The position numbers and the translations under genes are program-made. The notes beneath the pieces were generated by a model, which was given only the letters and a program-made list of their open reading frames with translations, was not told where the DNA came from and did not search any database. A stretch of DNA of 64,000 nt from assembly GCA_965242865.1 (NCBI GenBank), contig CBDETK010000013.1, positions 4,512,001 through 4,576,000 of the forward strand. Direction: 5' to 3'. Each line of letters begins with the position of its first letter. Within the stretch, counting starts at the first letter, position 1. The DNA is from Candidatus Latescibacterota bacterium (GTDB taxonomy: Bacteria > Latescibacterota > UBA2968 > UBA8231). Shown piece by piece: positions 1 through 9,707 of this stretch.

Positions 1-595
1 GCTCGGCAACCACGGTCTCTGGGCCAAGCGGCTCTACTACGAGCAGGCGGCCAATGTGCCCATGATCTTGCTCGGCGGCCGCCGCGGCCGAGTGCCACAC
101 CATGCTGTCGATGACCGCCTCGTCGGCTGGCAGGACGTCATGCCGACGTTACTCGACCTAGCGGACATCGACATCCCCGGCACCGTCGAGGGCCTGTCGA
201 TGGTCGGCGAGGAACGACGGCCGCACCTCTATGGAGAATGCAGCGAAGGGCCGCAGGCCACCCGCATGATCCGCATGGGGCGACACAAGCTGATTTACTA
301 TCCGGTGGGCAACCGCGTCCAGTTCTTCGATCTTGAAAGCGATCCCCGCGAACTGAACGACCTAGCCGATTCACCCGACCACTCTGCAACGCGGGGCCAG
401 CTCAGCGGGCTCCTCATCGACGAGCTCTACGGTGGCGACGAAGCCTGGGTCCAAGGCGGTCAACTCGTCGGCCTGCCCGACCAGCAATGGACCTCCCAGC
501 CCAACCGCAACCTCTCCGGTCAACGCGGCCTGCACTATCCCGTTCCGCCCTCGACCGGCACCAGTGAAGGCGTCCAACGCAAGCCGCAGCGGTGA
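1..595 (+). CDS. Sulfatase family protein, C-terminal part (5' truncated by window edge)
   Basis: Reads LGNHGLWAKRLYYE..VPMI, DVMPTLLDLA, RMIR.GRHKLIYY, FFDLESDPRELNDL: typical arylsulfatase/choline-sulfatase C-terminal motifs. Confidence 0.85.
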   Translation, partial: LGNHGLWAKRLYYEQAANVPMILLGGRRGRVPHHAVDDRLVGWQDVMPTLLDLADIDIPGTVEGLSMVGEERRPHLYGECSEGPQATRMIRMGRHKLIYYPVGNRVQFFDLESDPRELNDLADSPDHSATRGQLSGLLIDELYGGDEAWVQGGQLVGLPDQQWTSQPNRNLSGQRGLHYPVPPSTGTSEGVQRKPQR

Positions 596-643
596 GTACG
601 CGGGCCAATTTGCCCAGAGGGGCTGTCGGCCTTTTCTTTTTTT

Positions 644-1942
644 ATGCCCGACACCCCAGCCACGGCCCATCCCGACCACAGAATTTCCCCAGCCACTCGT
701 CGCCGCAGCCAGTCGCGGCTGATCGGCAGTGCCGTTAGCGGCTCGATCAACAACGCCCTGCTCACTTCTCTCGTCCCGCTCTTTCTCCTGTCCCTGAACG
801 CTTCGCCTTTTCTCATCGGCTTAGTCGCCACCAGCGAATACCTCCAGAAGATGGGGCGCGTCGTTGGGTTGCAACTAATGCACCGCACCGGGAAGGCCGG
901 GCTTTTCTTTTGGGGCCGACTCTGCTCGGTGCCGGCGGGGCTGGCCTTGGCGTTGTTGGCGTTCTACGGCGCGGACGGGGCTTGGGCCGCTTGGATCGGC
1001 CTAGCCCTGTTTAGCACCCGCGGCCTCATCCAACAAGGGGGCAACACCGCTTGGTGGCCCCTTGTCCAAGACAACACCTCTAGCGGCGGGGTCGGAGCCT
1101 TTCTCACGCGCATGCGCCTTCAGCAGCGTCTCCTCGAACTCGTCTTGCCGATCTCGATCGGCTGGTATCTCGGCTCGCAGCCCAAGGCCGGCGATTTCGG
1201 CCCGCTCTTTGCGCTCGCGGTCTTTTCCACCTGCGGCGGGGCCTTGTTGGTGCGCGGAGTCGCTGAGCGATCCCTGGCGCCGCCGAAAGAGGGCCTATTC
1301 CGCCGCTTGCGCCAAGCGCTGGCCGCGCCCCCGATGCGCGCCTACGCGCTTTTTGTCATGGCCCGCACGGCCGTACTCGCTGCGACCTTTCCGCTGTGGG
1401 TCGTGGCACTGATCGACTGGGGGCTGCCCGTTAGCTATTTCGTCTGGATGACGCCAGTCCAAGCCCTCGGCTATGTGGCCGGCCTGCATGGCTGGGGCCG
1501 GATGGTGGACCGGCACGGCAGCCGCGGGGCGCTGACCATCACCCTGTTGCTGCAAGCGGCCATGGCCCCCGCTTGGCTCTTCCTGCCGGCCGAACTCCCG
1601 TGGATCGCGCTTTGGGCGGGGGGCGTCTATTTGCTCTGGGGAGCACTCGATGGCGGCCACCAGATGGGCCAGTCGCGGGCGATGCTCAACGCCGTTTCCA
1701 AGGAGTACCAAGCAGAGGGATTCTCTCTTGCGATGTACGCCTCGGCACTGGGCGGTTTTGTGGGCGGCATCGCCGGTGGGGCTTGTTTCCAGTGGTCTGC
1801 GGCACTGGCTGGGCCGCGGGGGCCGCTCTTTTATTTGTGTGCGGTCCAGCTCGCGTTTGCTGCGGCTTGGCTGCTCAGTACTCGGCTGGCCGGCTACCAA
1901 AAGCAAACCCCGGTGCGCCGCTTCTGGGCCTTGTCGTCTTAA
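644..1942 (+). CDS. MFS transporter
   Basis: 432 aa, about 12 hydrophobic segments, GWGRMVDRHGSR MFS motif-A-like loop. Confidence 0.8.
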   Translation: MPDTPATAHPDHRISPATRRRSQSRLIGSAVSGSINNALLTSLVPLFLLSLNASPFLIGLVATSEYLQKMGRVVGLQLMHRTGKAGLFFWGRLCSVPAGLALALLAFYGADGAWAAWIGLALFSTRGLIQQGGNTAWWPLVQDNTSSGGVGAFLTRMRLQQRLLELVLPISIGWYLGSQPKAGDFGPLFALAVFSTCGGALLVRGVAERSLAPPKEGLFRRLRQALAAPPMRAYALFVMARTAVLAATFPLWVVALIDWGLPVSYFVWMTPVQALGYVAGLHGWGRMVDRHGSRGALTITLLLQAAMAPAWLFLPAELPWIALWAGGVYLLWGALDGGHQMGQSRAMLNAVSKEYQAEGFSLAMYASALGGFVGGIAGGACFQWSAALAGPRGPLFYLCAVQLAFAAAWLLSTRLAGYQKQTPVRRFWALSS

Positions 1943-2012
1943 TGCCCTCGTCTTATCGTTTTGCGTTGCTAATTTCGCGTTGATTCTCACTTCCCCCAAT
2001 GCCCTCAGACCG

Positions 2013-3122
2013 ATGATCCACACCGCACAGATGCTTGCCGAACTCGTCGAGCGCGCCTTAGACTGCGAGCGCGTTGCCTTAGACACTGAATTCGTCTGGA
2101 ACCGCACCTATTATCCCAAGTTAGGCGTGATCCAATTGGCCCTCGCTGGCGACAGTTGCCACCTGATTGACCCGGTGGCAATTGCGGATCTGTCGCCCCT
2201 CGGTGCCCTGCTAGAACACGCAGAGGTTGAGTTGATTCTCCACGACGCCCAACAAGACTTGGCGATTCTGCGCCGGGTCACGGGCGCTTTTCCGCGCAAC
2301 GTCTTCGACACCCGCTGCGCGGCCGGGCTTGCCAATATGAGTTCCACCACTTCGCTGGCCGAGCTCTTGGAGCAGACCCTCGGCGTGGTGCTCGACAAGA
2401 CCGAGACGCTCACCAACTGGGTCCGCCGCCCGCTCTCTGAGGATCAACTGGCCTACGCCATTGAGGATGTGCGCTACCTGCACGAGGTGCGCGAGGTGTT
2501 GCAGGGGCGTCTCAAGGCCATTGGTCGCAGCGCTTGGCTCGCAGAGGAGCTGGCCGCGTATGACGATCCGCGGCTATACGAGGAGCGAGTTCCGCGCGAG
2601 CAATTCACGCGGATCAAGGGCACAGGCCGAGCTTCCCCGCGCGAGTTGGCCATCCTCCGCGAATTGGCCGCTTGGCGCGAGGAGGAAGCCCGGCGATGCG
2701 ACCGGCCGCGCAATCGCGTCCTGACGGACGAAACCCTCGTGTTACTAGCGCGGCGCAAGCCCCGGTCGCTCAAGGAACTGAGCCGGGTCCACGCGCTCCG
2801 CAGTCGCCGCTACAACCGCTGCATCCTCGAGCAAATTCACCGCGGCTTGGCCGTCCCCGACGAGGAGTGCCCGCGCCGGCCGCGCCCGCCGGACCTCGAT
2901 AAGGAAATCGTCGAGCGCAAACTCGCTCAGTCCATGAAGTACCTGCGCCAGCAGAGCGACGCCGCGCAAATTGACCCGCCCTTTGTCGCGGCCCGCGCTG
3001 AAGTGCGCAACCTAGTCATCGACGCGGTCGCTGCCACGCCCGCGGATCATCGCCTCCTGCGCGGGTGGCGGCGCGACTTCATCGGCGAAGCCCTATACGG
3101 CATCGCCACGTGCCCCGAGTAG
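2013..3122 (+). CDS. rnd: Ribonuclease D (DEDDy exonuclease + HRDC)
   Basis: ALDTEF, HDAQQD, VFDT, WVRRPLSEDQLAYAIEDV, ELAAWREEEARR.DRPRNRVLTD; start placed at ATG 2013 rather than the ORF-track 1650. Confidence 0.9.
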   Translation: MIHTAQMLAELVERALDCERVALDTEFVWNRTYYPKLGVIQLALAGDSCHLIDPVAIADLSPLGALLEHAEVELILHDAQQDLAILRRVTGAFPRNVFDTRCAAGLANMSSTTSLAELLEQTLGVVLDKTETLTNWVRRPLSEDQLAYAIEDVRYLHEVREVLQGRLKAIGRSAWLAEELAAYDDPRLYEERVPREQFTRIKGTGRASPRELAILRELAAWREEEARRCDRPRNRVLTDETLVLLARRKPRSLKELSRVHALRSRRYNRCILEQIHRGLAVPDEECPRRPRPPDLDKEIVERKLAQSMKYLRQQSDAAQIDPPFVAARAEVRNLVIDAVAATPADHRLLRGWRRDFIGEALYGIATCPE

Positions 3123-3161
3123 GCCGCGCCCGATTATACATAGAGGGAGTCGCCTACGCAC

Positions 3162-4475
3162 CTAGTCGTAGTACTCTTGCCCCAAGTGGGTAATCAGCTC
3201 TTCGCCCCGCAGGAAGCGCAGCGTGTTCTTGAGCTTCATTAGCTGAATGAAGAGATCGTGTTCGGGGTAGAGGTCGGGCGCGGTCATCGGGCTTTTGAAG
3301 TAAAACGAGAGCCACTCTTGGATCCCCGCCATCTGCGCCCGCTGCGCCAAATCGGCAAACAGCACCAAGTCCAAGACCAGCGGCGCGGCGAGAACCGAAT
3401 CGCGGCAGAGGAAATCGACCTTGATCTGCATGGGCATGCCCAGCCAGCCGAAGATGTCGATGTTGTCCCAACCCTCTTTCTCGTCGCCGCGCGGAGGATA
3501 GTAGTTGATGCGCACTTTGTGGTAAATATCGCCGTAGAGCTGGGGGTAGAGGTTGGGCTGCAAGATAAATTCCAGCACATCGAGCTTGCTGACTTCCTTG
3601 GTCTTGAATGAGTCGGGGTCGTCGAGCACCTCGCCGTCGCGATTGCCCAAAATGTTAGTCGAAAACCAGCCCTGTACCCCGAGCATCCGCGCCTTGAGAC
3701 CAGGGGCGAGCAAGGTCTTCATCAGGGTTTGGCCGGTCTTGAAGTCCTTGCCGCCAATGGGCACGCCCTTTTGCCGCGCCAATTCGACCATGGCTGGGAC
3801 ATCCACGGTCAAGTTCGGCGCACCGTTTAGAAAGGGCACACCTTCCTGTAGCGCGGCGTAGGCGTAAATCATGCTCGGGGAAATGGCCGGGTGGTTTTCC
3901 TTAATGGCTTTTTCGAGGCTCTCGATCTCGTTGTGTACTTCGTGGTGCTCCATGAAAACCTCAGTGCTGCCACACCAGATCATCACCAGCCGCTCCACGC
4001 GGTTGTCGGCCTTGAAACGCTGGATGTCTTCGCGCACTTCGAGCACGGCGTCCCACTTGCTCTTGGTGCTTTTGACGTTGGAGCCTTCGAGGCGGCGCAC
4101 ATAGCTGCGGTCGAAAATTGCCGACATTGGTTTGACGGCTTTGAGCGGGTCCTTGAGCGGGTCGAGCAGCCTTTGGTCCAAGACGCCGGCGTGGACAGCC
4201 GAGTCATAGGCGTCCTCTGGAAAGACGTCCCAGCCGCCAAAGACTAGACTGTCGAGACCGGCCAGCGGCACAAAGTCCTTGATCAGCGGCGAGCGGCCCG
4301 CAGTGCGCTTGCCTAGGCGGATGGTGCCCATCTGGGTCAGCGAGCCAATGGGCTGGCCGGTGCCGGCTTTGATGGCTTCGACGCCGGCGATAACCGTGGT
4401 GGCCACAGCACCCATGCCGGGAATTAGGACGCCGAGTTTGCCCGTGGCTGGGGCGATGGATTTGGGTTGGTTCAC
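3162..4475 (-). CDS. ino1: myo-inositol-1-phosphate synthase
   Basis: GMGAVATT, GKDFKTGQT, STNILGNRDG, RGDEKEGWD, CRDSVLAAPLVLDL, SFYFKSP. Confidence 0.95.
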   Translation of the reverse strand: MNQPKSIAPATGKLGVLIPGMGAVATTVIAGVEAIKAGTGQPIGSLTQMGTIRLGKRTAGRSPLIKDFVPLAGLDSLVFGGWDVFPEDAYDSAVHAGVLDQRLLDPLKDPLKAVKPMSAIFDRSYVRRLEGSNVKSTKSKWDAVLEVREDIQRFKADNRVERLVMIWCGSTEVFMEHHEVHNEIESLEKAIKENHPAISPSMIYAYAALQEGVPFLNGAPNLTVDVPAMVELARQKGVPIGGKDFKTGQTLMKTLLAPGLKARMLGVQGWFSTNILGNRDGEVLDDPDSFKTKEVSKLDVLEFILQPNLYPQLYGDIYHKVRINYYPPRGDEKEGWDNIDIFGWLGMPMQIKVDFLCRDSVLAAPLVLDLVLFADLAQRAQMAGIQEWLSFYFKSPMTAPDLYPEHDLFIQLMKLKNTLRFLRGEELITHLGQEYYD

Positions 4476-4660
4476 GGGAGTCTCCTTTTGCTTTGCTTTG
4501 AAAGGTTTATGTGGTTCGCTGCTAAGACGAGATAAAAAAGTAGAGTATTCTACTTATTGGGCAAATTGATTATTGCTATGTAACTAATAGAAAAAATCAA
4601 TATATCTTATATAGCGACAGCACAAACGCGGCGGGGTCAGAAACTACAAAAAGACGGGGA

Positions 4661-5656
4661 TTAGGCGGCGAGGCGTTCTGGGTCGGTGTCGCGCAGTTCC
4701 GCGAGGCGATCGAACAAAGGAGTTAGCTCCTTGTAGCTGGCCAGTTCGGCCCTGAGCCGCGCCGCGCCGCGCAAACCGCGAAAGTACCCGGCGTAGTGGC
4801 GGCGCATGCTGACCAGTGCTTCTTGCGGGCCGCCGTGCTCAACGGCCAGTCGCAGGTGCTTGAGGCACAGCTCGGCGCACTCCTGCCAGCTTGGTTCGGG
4901 CAAGAGCGCACCCGTCTCCAGATAGTACCGGGACTCGCGAAAAATCCACGGATGGCGGATGGCGCCGCGGCCGATCATCACTCCGTCGCATCCCGTGCGG
5001 TCGAAGGCGCGTTTGACCAGCTGCGGCGAGGTCACATCGCCGTTGAGAACGATCGGGACCGAGACCGCGGCCTTGACCTTGGGTATCCACTCGTAGGCCA
5101 CCGCGCCCTTGTGCCCTTGCGCCCGAGTGCGGCAGTGAATGGCCAGTGCTTGGACGCCCAGATCCTCGAGCATCTGGGCTACTTCAACGATGCGGATGCT
5201 CTGCTGGTCCCAGCCGAGGCGCGTCTTTACGGTCACCGGCAAGTGCGTCGCGCCAATGACGCGCGAGACGACCTCCTTCATCTGCGGCAAATCGCGCAAC
5301 AGCCCGGCCCCAGCGCCGCGCAACGCCACATTGCTCACCCAGCAGCCGCAGTTGATGTCGATGAAGTCTGGATTCTGCGCGCTGGCAATCTCAGCGGCTT
5401 TCTCCATCGACAGCGAGGCCGCGCCGTAAATCTGGATCGCCAAAGGCCGCTCCGCTGCTGAAAAACGCAACTTGCGAAAAGCGCGGCGCGGCCCATTGGG
5501 ATCTTCGCGCAACAGCCCCTCGGCATTGACGAATTCAGTGTACGCGATGTCGGCACCCAGCTCCCGGCAAATCAGGCGGAAGGGCTGCTGGGAGACCGCC
5601 TCCATGGGCGCAAGCAGGATGCCGGGATCCGCGGTTATTGGGCCGATGCGGAACAT
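4661..5656 (-). CDS. dusB: tRNA-dihydrouridine synthase B
   Basis: LAPME, IDINCGC, GAGAGLL, VTVKTRLGWD, NGDV, DGVMIGRGA; start ATG overlaps the NIPSNAP stop (TAATG). Confidence 0.9.
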   Translation of the reverse strand: MFRIGPITADPGILLAPMEAVSQQPFRLICRELGADIAYTEFVNAEGLLREDPNGPRRAFRKLRFSAAERPLAIQIYGAASLSMEKAAEIASAQNPDFIDINCGCWVSNVALRGAGAGLLRDLPQMKEVVSRVIGATHLPVTVKTRLGWDQQSIRIVEVAQMLEDLGVQALAIHCRTRAQGHKGAVAYEWIPKVKAAVSVPIVLNGDVTSPQLVKRAFDRTGCDGVMIGRGAIRHPWIFRESRYYLETGALLPEPSWQECAELCLKHLRLAVEHGGPQEALVSMRRHYAGYFRGLRGAARLRAELASYKELTPLFDRLAELRDTDPERLAA

Positions 5657-5970
5657 TATTTTAGGGTCGAGTAGGGCAACGCTTTCATCACGCGCACCTC
5701 CCGGCGGCGGATTAGCGGCCGGATCTGATCGACGATTTTGGCCCATTCCGGGCTGGCGTAGTACTCGTCAATGGCCTTGGCGCGGGCCTTGGCGTTGGGG
5801 AAGGCGCGAATCCATATAAACTCGTCGTCGCGGTCGGGGTTTTCCCACGCGGCGACAAACGTCACGCCGTACTGGGCCATAAAGCGGCGCGCCTTGGCAA
5901 AGCCGGCGAGGAACTTCTTCTTGTTGTCGGCTCCCTTGTGGAAGCGGTAGATGCGCAATTCGTAGATCAT
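5656..5970 (-). CDS. NIPSNAP family protein
   Basis: MIYELRIYRF ... YYASPEW ... ALPYSTLK pattern, 104 aa. Confidence 0.85.
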   Translation of the reverse strand: MIYELRIYRFHKGADNKKKFLAGFAKARRFMAQYGVTFVAAWENPDRDDEFIWIRAFPNAKARAKAIDEYYASPEWAKIVDQIRPLIRRREVRVMKALPYSTLK

Positions 5971-6575
5971 GCTCTCTCTTCCTGATAAATGGAGGTTTCG
6001 GCGACGACCATGTCCACGGGCACATCGTGCGGCTCGCCGGGAATGCGGTCTAGGACTAGCGCGTCGTAGCACAGCCCTATTTTGACCGTTTGCACTTGCG
6101 CTAGAAAGCGGTCGTAGTAGCCTCGGCCGCGGCCGAGGCGGTGGCCGCGCCGGTCAAAGGCAAGGCCCGGTACGACGACCAAATCGATCCGGGCTTTTGC
6201 GGGCAGCCAACGGGCCGTGGCCGGGTCGGGCTGCGCCAGCCCCCAAGGGCCAGCGACGAGCTGATCTAGGCCGTCAATTAGCGCGTGGCCCATCGTCTTC
6301 GCGCTCGGCATCACCACCGGCACGGCCACGCGCTTGCCCTGCGCTAGGCAGGTGCGGATCAAGGCACGGGTATTGACCTCGTTTTCCTTGCTGGAGACAT
6401 AGGTGTGGACGAGCTGCGCTCGGCGGTACGCCTCCAGCCCCAAGACCTTCTCTAGTATCGCCTGCCCGCCGACTTCCACTTGGGCGCGATCTAAACAGAG
6501 GTACGCCGCGAGGACGCGCTTCCTGAGCCGTTTTTTGTGGACGCACGTCGCCTCCTTCTTCGCAAGTGGCATCAT
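5967..6575 (-). CDS. 5-formyltetrahydrofolate cyclo-ligase
   Basis: DLVVVPGLAFDRRGHRLGRGRGYYDRFL, EPHDVPVD. Confidence 0.92.
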   Translation of the reverse strand: MMPLAKKEATCVHKKRLRKRVLAAYLCLDRAQVEVGGQAILEKVLGLEAYRRAQLVHTYVSSKENEVNTRALIRTCLAQGKRVAVPVVMPSAKTMGHALIDGLDQLVAGPWGLAQPDPATARWLPAKARIDLVVVPGLAFDRRGHRLGRGRGYYDRFLAQVQTVKIGLCYDALVLDRIPGEPHDVPVDMVVAETSIYQEERA

Positions 6576-6723
6576 ACTGGCCTCTAGGGTTGCTTGACGA
6601 ATATGAGCCTTTCCCCTAAACTAATCAAGTTGAACGCAGCCTTGTTTTTTTAAGGCGAGACGCACCCGAATGGCCGTGGATCGCTGCCGCAGCAACCCAC
6701 CGAATCATCCTTATCATCTTATT

Positions 6724-7530
6724 ATGAGTGCTCAGGATCTGCCGCTAGAAATTTCTCCCCGCGAATACCACCCAGTAAAACCCCTCAATCCCGAAGAGGA
6801 CTTCCGCATCCAGCAGTGCCTCAAGGAGGATGGGAACCTGCCTCAACACATTGCCATCATCATGGACGGCGATCGGCGCTGGGCGGTCGAGCGCAACTTG
6901 CCCAAAACCGAAGGGCATCGCTTTGGCCGCGAGTCTGTGCGCGACATTGTCCGCGCCTGCGGCCAGTTGCAAATCGAGGCTCTGACCCTGTACACCTTCT
7001 CGACCGAGAACTGGTCTCGGCCCGAAGCAGAAGTAGCAGAGCTGATGCAGTGGCTGCACGAGTCGTTGCGCGACGAAGTGTCCGAACTCCACGAAAACAA
7101 CGTATCTCTCAACGCCATAGGTCGCACCGATGCGTTGTCGCCAACCATCCAATTGGCTCTAGAGCACGCCCTCGCTCAGACCAAGGACAACACCGGCCTC
7201 AAGCTCAACTTGGCCCTCAACTACGGGGGCCGCAGCGAGCTGGTAGATGCCTTCCGCAAGCTGGCGGCCGAAGTGGTGGCCGGCCGGCTCGCCCTAGACG
7301 ACATCGACGAGGACCAAATCAGCGGTGCCCTCTATACGGCGAACTTGCCCGACCCGGATTTGTTAATCCGCACCAGCGGCGAAATGCGGCTGAGCAACTT
7401 CCTCCCGTGGCAAATGGTCTATACCGAAATTTGCTTTGTCGGCGATGTGCATTGGCCCGATTTTCGCCGCCAGCACCTCTACCAAGCCATTGCCGCTTAT
7501 CAACAACGCCAGAGGCGCTTTGGCGGCTGA
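6724..7530 (+). CDS. uppS: cis-isoprenyl transferase (undecaprenyl diphosphate synthase)
   Basis: PQHIAIIMDGDRRWA, YTFSTENWSRP, ALNYGGRSE, DPDLLIRTSGEMRLSNF. Confidence 0.93.
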   Translation: MSAQDLPLEISPREYHPVKPLNPEEDFRIQQCLKEDGNLPQHIAIIMDGDRRWAVERNLPKTEGHRFGRESVRDIVRACGQLQIEALTLYTFSTENWSRPEAEVAELMQWLHESLRDEVSELHENNVSLNAIGRTDALSPTIQLALEHALAQTKDNTGLKLNLALNYGGRSELVDAFRKLAAEVVAGRLALDDIDEDQISGALYTANLPDPDLLIRTSGEMRLSNFLPWQMVYTEICFVGDVHWPDFRRQHLYQAIAAYQQRQRRFGG

Positions 7531-8356
7531 CGCAGCAGCAGAGGCTTCCGGCCTGCGAAAGCGCGTCCTCGCAGCGGCCGTATTCGTGCCGGTGATCCTA
7601 CTGCTGGTTGAAGGGGCAAGCTGGGCACTCTTCCTCTTGGTGTTGGCCGTGGCAGCGCGCTGCTCATGGGAATACCACCACATCCTAGAGGCGGCTGGCT
7701 ACCGACCCATCCGCCTGCCCGGCAGCTTGTTGGCCTTGGGTCTGTGCAGCTACTTCTGGCGACAGGGCGCGGGCGACGACCTCGCGGCGTTGCTGATGGC
7801 AGCCATCTTGCTGATTGTGGTGTGGGCCTTGTTCAAGGGCCCGGAGCGTTATGCGGCCAACGCCTTTCTGACGTTGGGTGGGGTGCTCTTCTTCGGGGTC
7901 TTGGGCAGCGTACCGTTGCTGCTTTTTCAAGTGGCTGGGGCCGGCGAGGAAGCTCGCCGCTTGGTGGCCGTGCTCTTTCTCTGCATCTGGCTGACGGACT
8001 CCGGGGCGTACTTCAGCGGTCGGTTTTGGGGCCGAGCCAAGCTGGCACCGGCGATCAGCCCCAAGAAGACGAGGGTCGGGTGCATCGGCGGCGTAGTTGG
8101 CAGCACCCTTCCCATGCCCTTGGGCTTTCTGCTGCCCTCCTTTTCTACGGCGTCGCTGCTGGGGCTTTTGCTCGTCGCGGGCATTGGGGCGCAGGTGGGC
8201 GACTTGGTGGAATCGGCCTTTAAGCGCGACATGGGCGTCAAGGACGCCCCGGTGCTAATCCCAGGCCACGGCGGCCTACTCGACCGCTTTGATTCCTATT
8301 TTTTGGCCTTTCCGCTGGCGTATCTCTACGTAGATGTGCTGGCTGTTTTTTCTTGA
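7520..8356 (+). CDS. cdsA: Phosphatidate cytidylyltransferase
   Basis: DSGAYFSG, ISPKKT, GDLVESAFKRDMGVKD, PGHGGLLDRFDS; TTG start is inferred. Confidence 0.92.
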   Translation: MAADAAAEASGLRKRVLAAAVFVPVILLLVEGASWALFLLVLAVAARCSWEYHHILEAAGYRPIRLPGSLLALGLCSYFWRQGAGDDLAALLMAAILLIVVWALFKGPERYAANAFLTLGGVLFFGVLGSVPLLLFQVAGAGEEARRLVAVLFLCIWLTDSGAYFSGRFWGRAKLAPAISPKKTRVGCIGGVVGSTLPMPLGFLLPSFSTASLLGLLLVAGIGAQVGDLVESAFKRDMGVKDAPVLIPGHGGLLDRFDSYFLAFPLAYLYVDVLAVFS

Positions 8357-8367
8357 GGTGAATTAGA

Positions 8368-9678
8368 ATGCTCGATACCCTCACTACCATTGCCTCGTTT
8401 CTCATTGCCCTAGGCGTCTTGGTTTTCGTCCACGAACTAGGGCACTTCCTAGTCGCCAAGTGGGCGGGCATTCGCGTCGAGCGGTTCTCCTTGGGCTTCC
8501 CTCCCAAAATGATCGGCTTTACCTACGGCGAAACCGAGTACTGCATCTCTTGGGTCCCCTTTGGCGGGTACGTCAAGGTCGCTGGCATGGCCGATGTAGG
8601 CTCCGAGGAAACCACCGGCGCACCTTGGGAATATCCCTCTAAGTCGGTGGGGATCCGCATGGCGGTCATTGCGGCCGGCCCGGCCATGAACTTCCTCTTC
8701 GCCTTCGCGGCCTTAGTTTTCCTCTTCAGCTTTTATGGAATTGACACCTTCGACAGCACCCGCGTCTCCCCCCAAGAGAATTCGCTCGCCGCAGAGGTCG
8801 GTCTGGCGCATGGCGATCGCGTCCGCACTGTAGGGGGTACGCCCGTCGGCAATGCCTACGAGTTGGCCAGTGCCTTGGACGAGAGCGCCAGCCGCGGCGT
8901 CGCCCTTGAAGTCGAGCGCGACGGCGTCCTCTTCGCGTTCAACCTGCCGCCCGCGGGCGACGAAGGCTACGGCGTCCAACTAATGCGCCCCACCACGGTG
9001 GGGCAGGTCGTCCCCGGGATGCCGGCCGACAGCCTCGGCTTGCGCCCCGGGGACATCATCCTCGCCGTCGGCCCAGCTCCGGTGGTGAGCTGGGCGGAGA
9101 TGAGCGAGGAAATCCGTCGCTATCCGGGCGAGGCGATCCCGTTGGTTTGGGAACGCGACAGCCAGCGCATGGAGCAGCTCATCACCCCAGCGGCCCACGC
9201 CGAAGGCGACGCGCTGGTGGGCCGCATCGGCATCAACCCTGAGTCCTCGCGCCACACCGTCGGGCTGGGCCGAGCGGTCGTGCTAGGAGGGCTGGGCGTG
9301 TACAATTCCTCTTGGCTGATCCTCGACTTCTTGGGTGAGCTTTTCCAAGGCGACCGCTCAACCGACGAATTGGGCGGCCCGTTGCGCATTGCCCAGCTCG
9401 CCGGGCAGACCGCCCAGCAGGGCTTGCACTCCTTCGTCCACTTCCTCGCCATACTCAGCGTCAACTTGGCGATTATCAACCTCCTGCCCATCCCCGTGCT
9501 CGACGGCGGCCACCTGACCTTCCTCACGCTAGAGGCCGTCATGCGTCGCCCGCTCTCGTCGCGCCAGCGCGAAGTCTTTCAGCAGATCGGCTTGGCCATC
9601 ATGCTGTTGATCATGGTGCTGGTCACGTTCAACGACCTCAATCAGATGGTCTTCCGCCACATCGCGGAGATGTTCTAG
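8368..9678 (+). CDS. rseP: RIP metalloprotease RseP (two PDZ domains)
   Basis: VHELGHF, GGYVK, AAGPAMN, NLLPIPVLDGGH. Confidence 0.95.
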   Translation: MLDTLTTIASFLIALGVLVFVHELGHFLVAKWAGIRVERFSLGFPPKMIGFTYGETEYCISWVPFGGYVKVAGMADVGSEETTGAPWEYPSKSVGIRMAVIAAGPAMNFLFAFAALVFLFSFYGIDTFDSTRVSPQENSLAAEVGLAHGDRVRTVGGTPVGNAYELASALDESASRGVALEVERDGVLFAFNLPPAGDEGYGVQLMRPTTVGQVVPGMPADSLGLRPGDIILAVGPAPVVSWAEMSEEIRRYPGEAIPLVWERDSQRMEQLITPAAHAEGDALVGRIGINPESSRHTVGLGRAVVLGGLGVYNSSWLILDFLGELFQGDRSTDELGGPLRIAQLAGQTAQQGLHSFVHFLAILSVNLAIINLLPIPVLDGGHLTFLTLEAVMRRPLSSRQREVFQQIGLAIMLLIMVLVTFNDLNQMVFRHIAEMF

Positions 9679-9707
9679 TCGCTTGGTAGCTGCTTGGGCG
9701 GCCCGGC

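Noticed and set aside
1650-2012. N-terminal extension of RNase D
   Set aside because: It overlaps the MFS gene out of frame; RNase D similarity begins near 2013.
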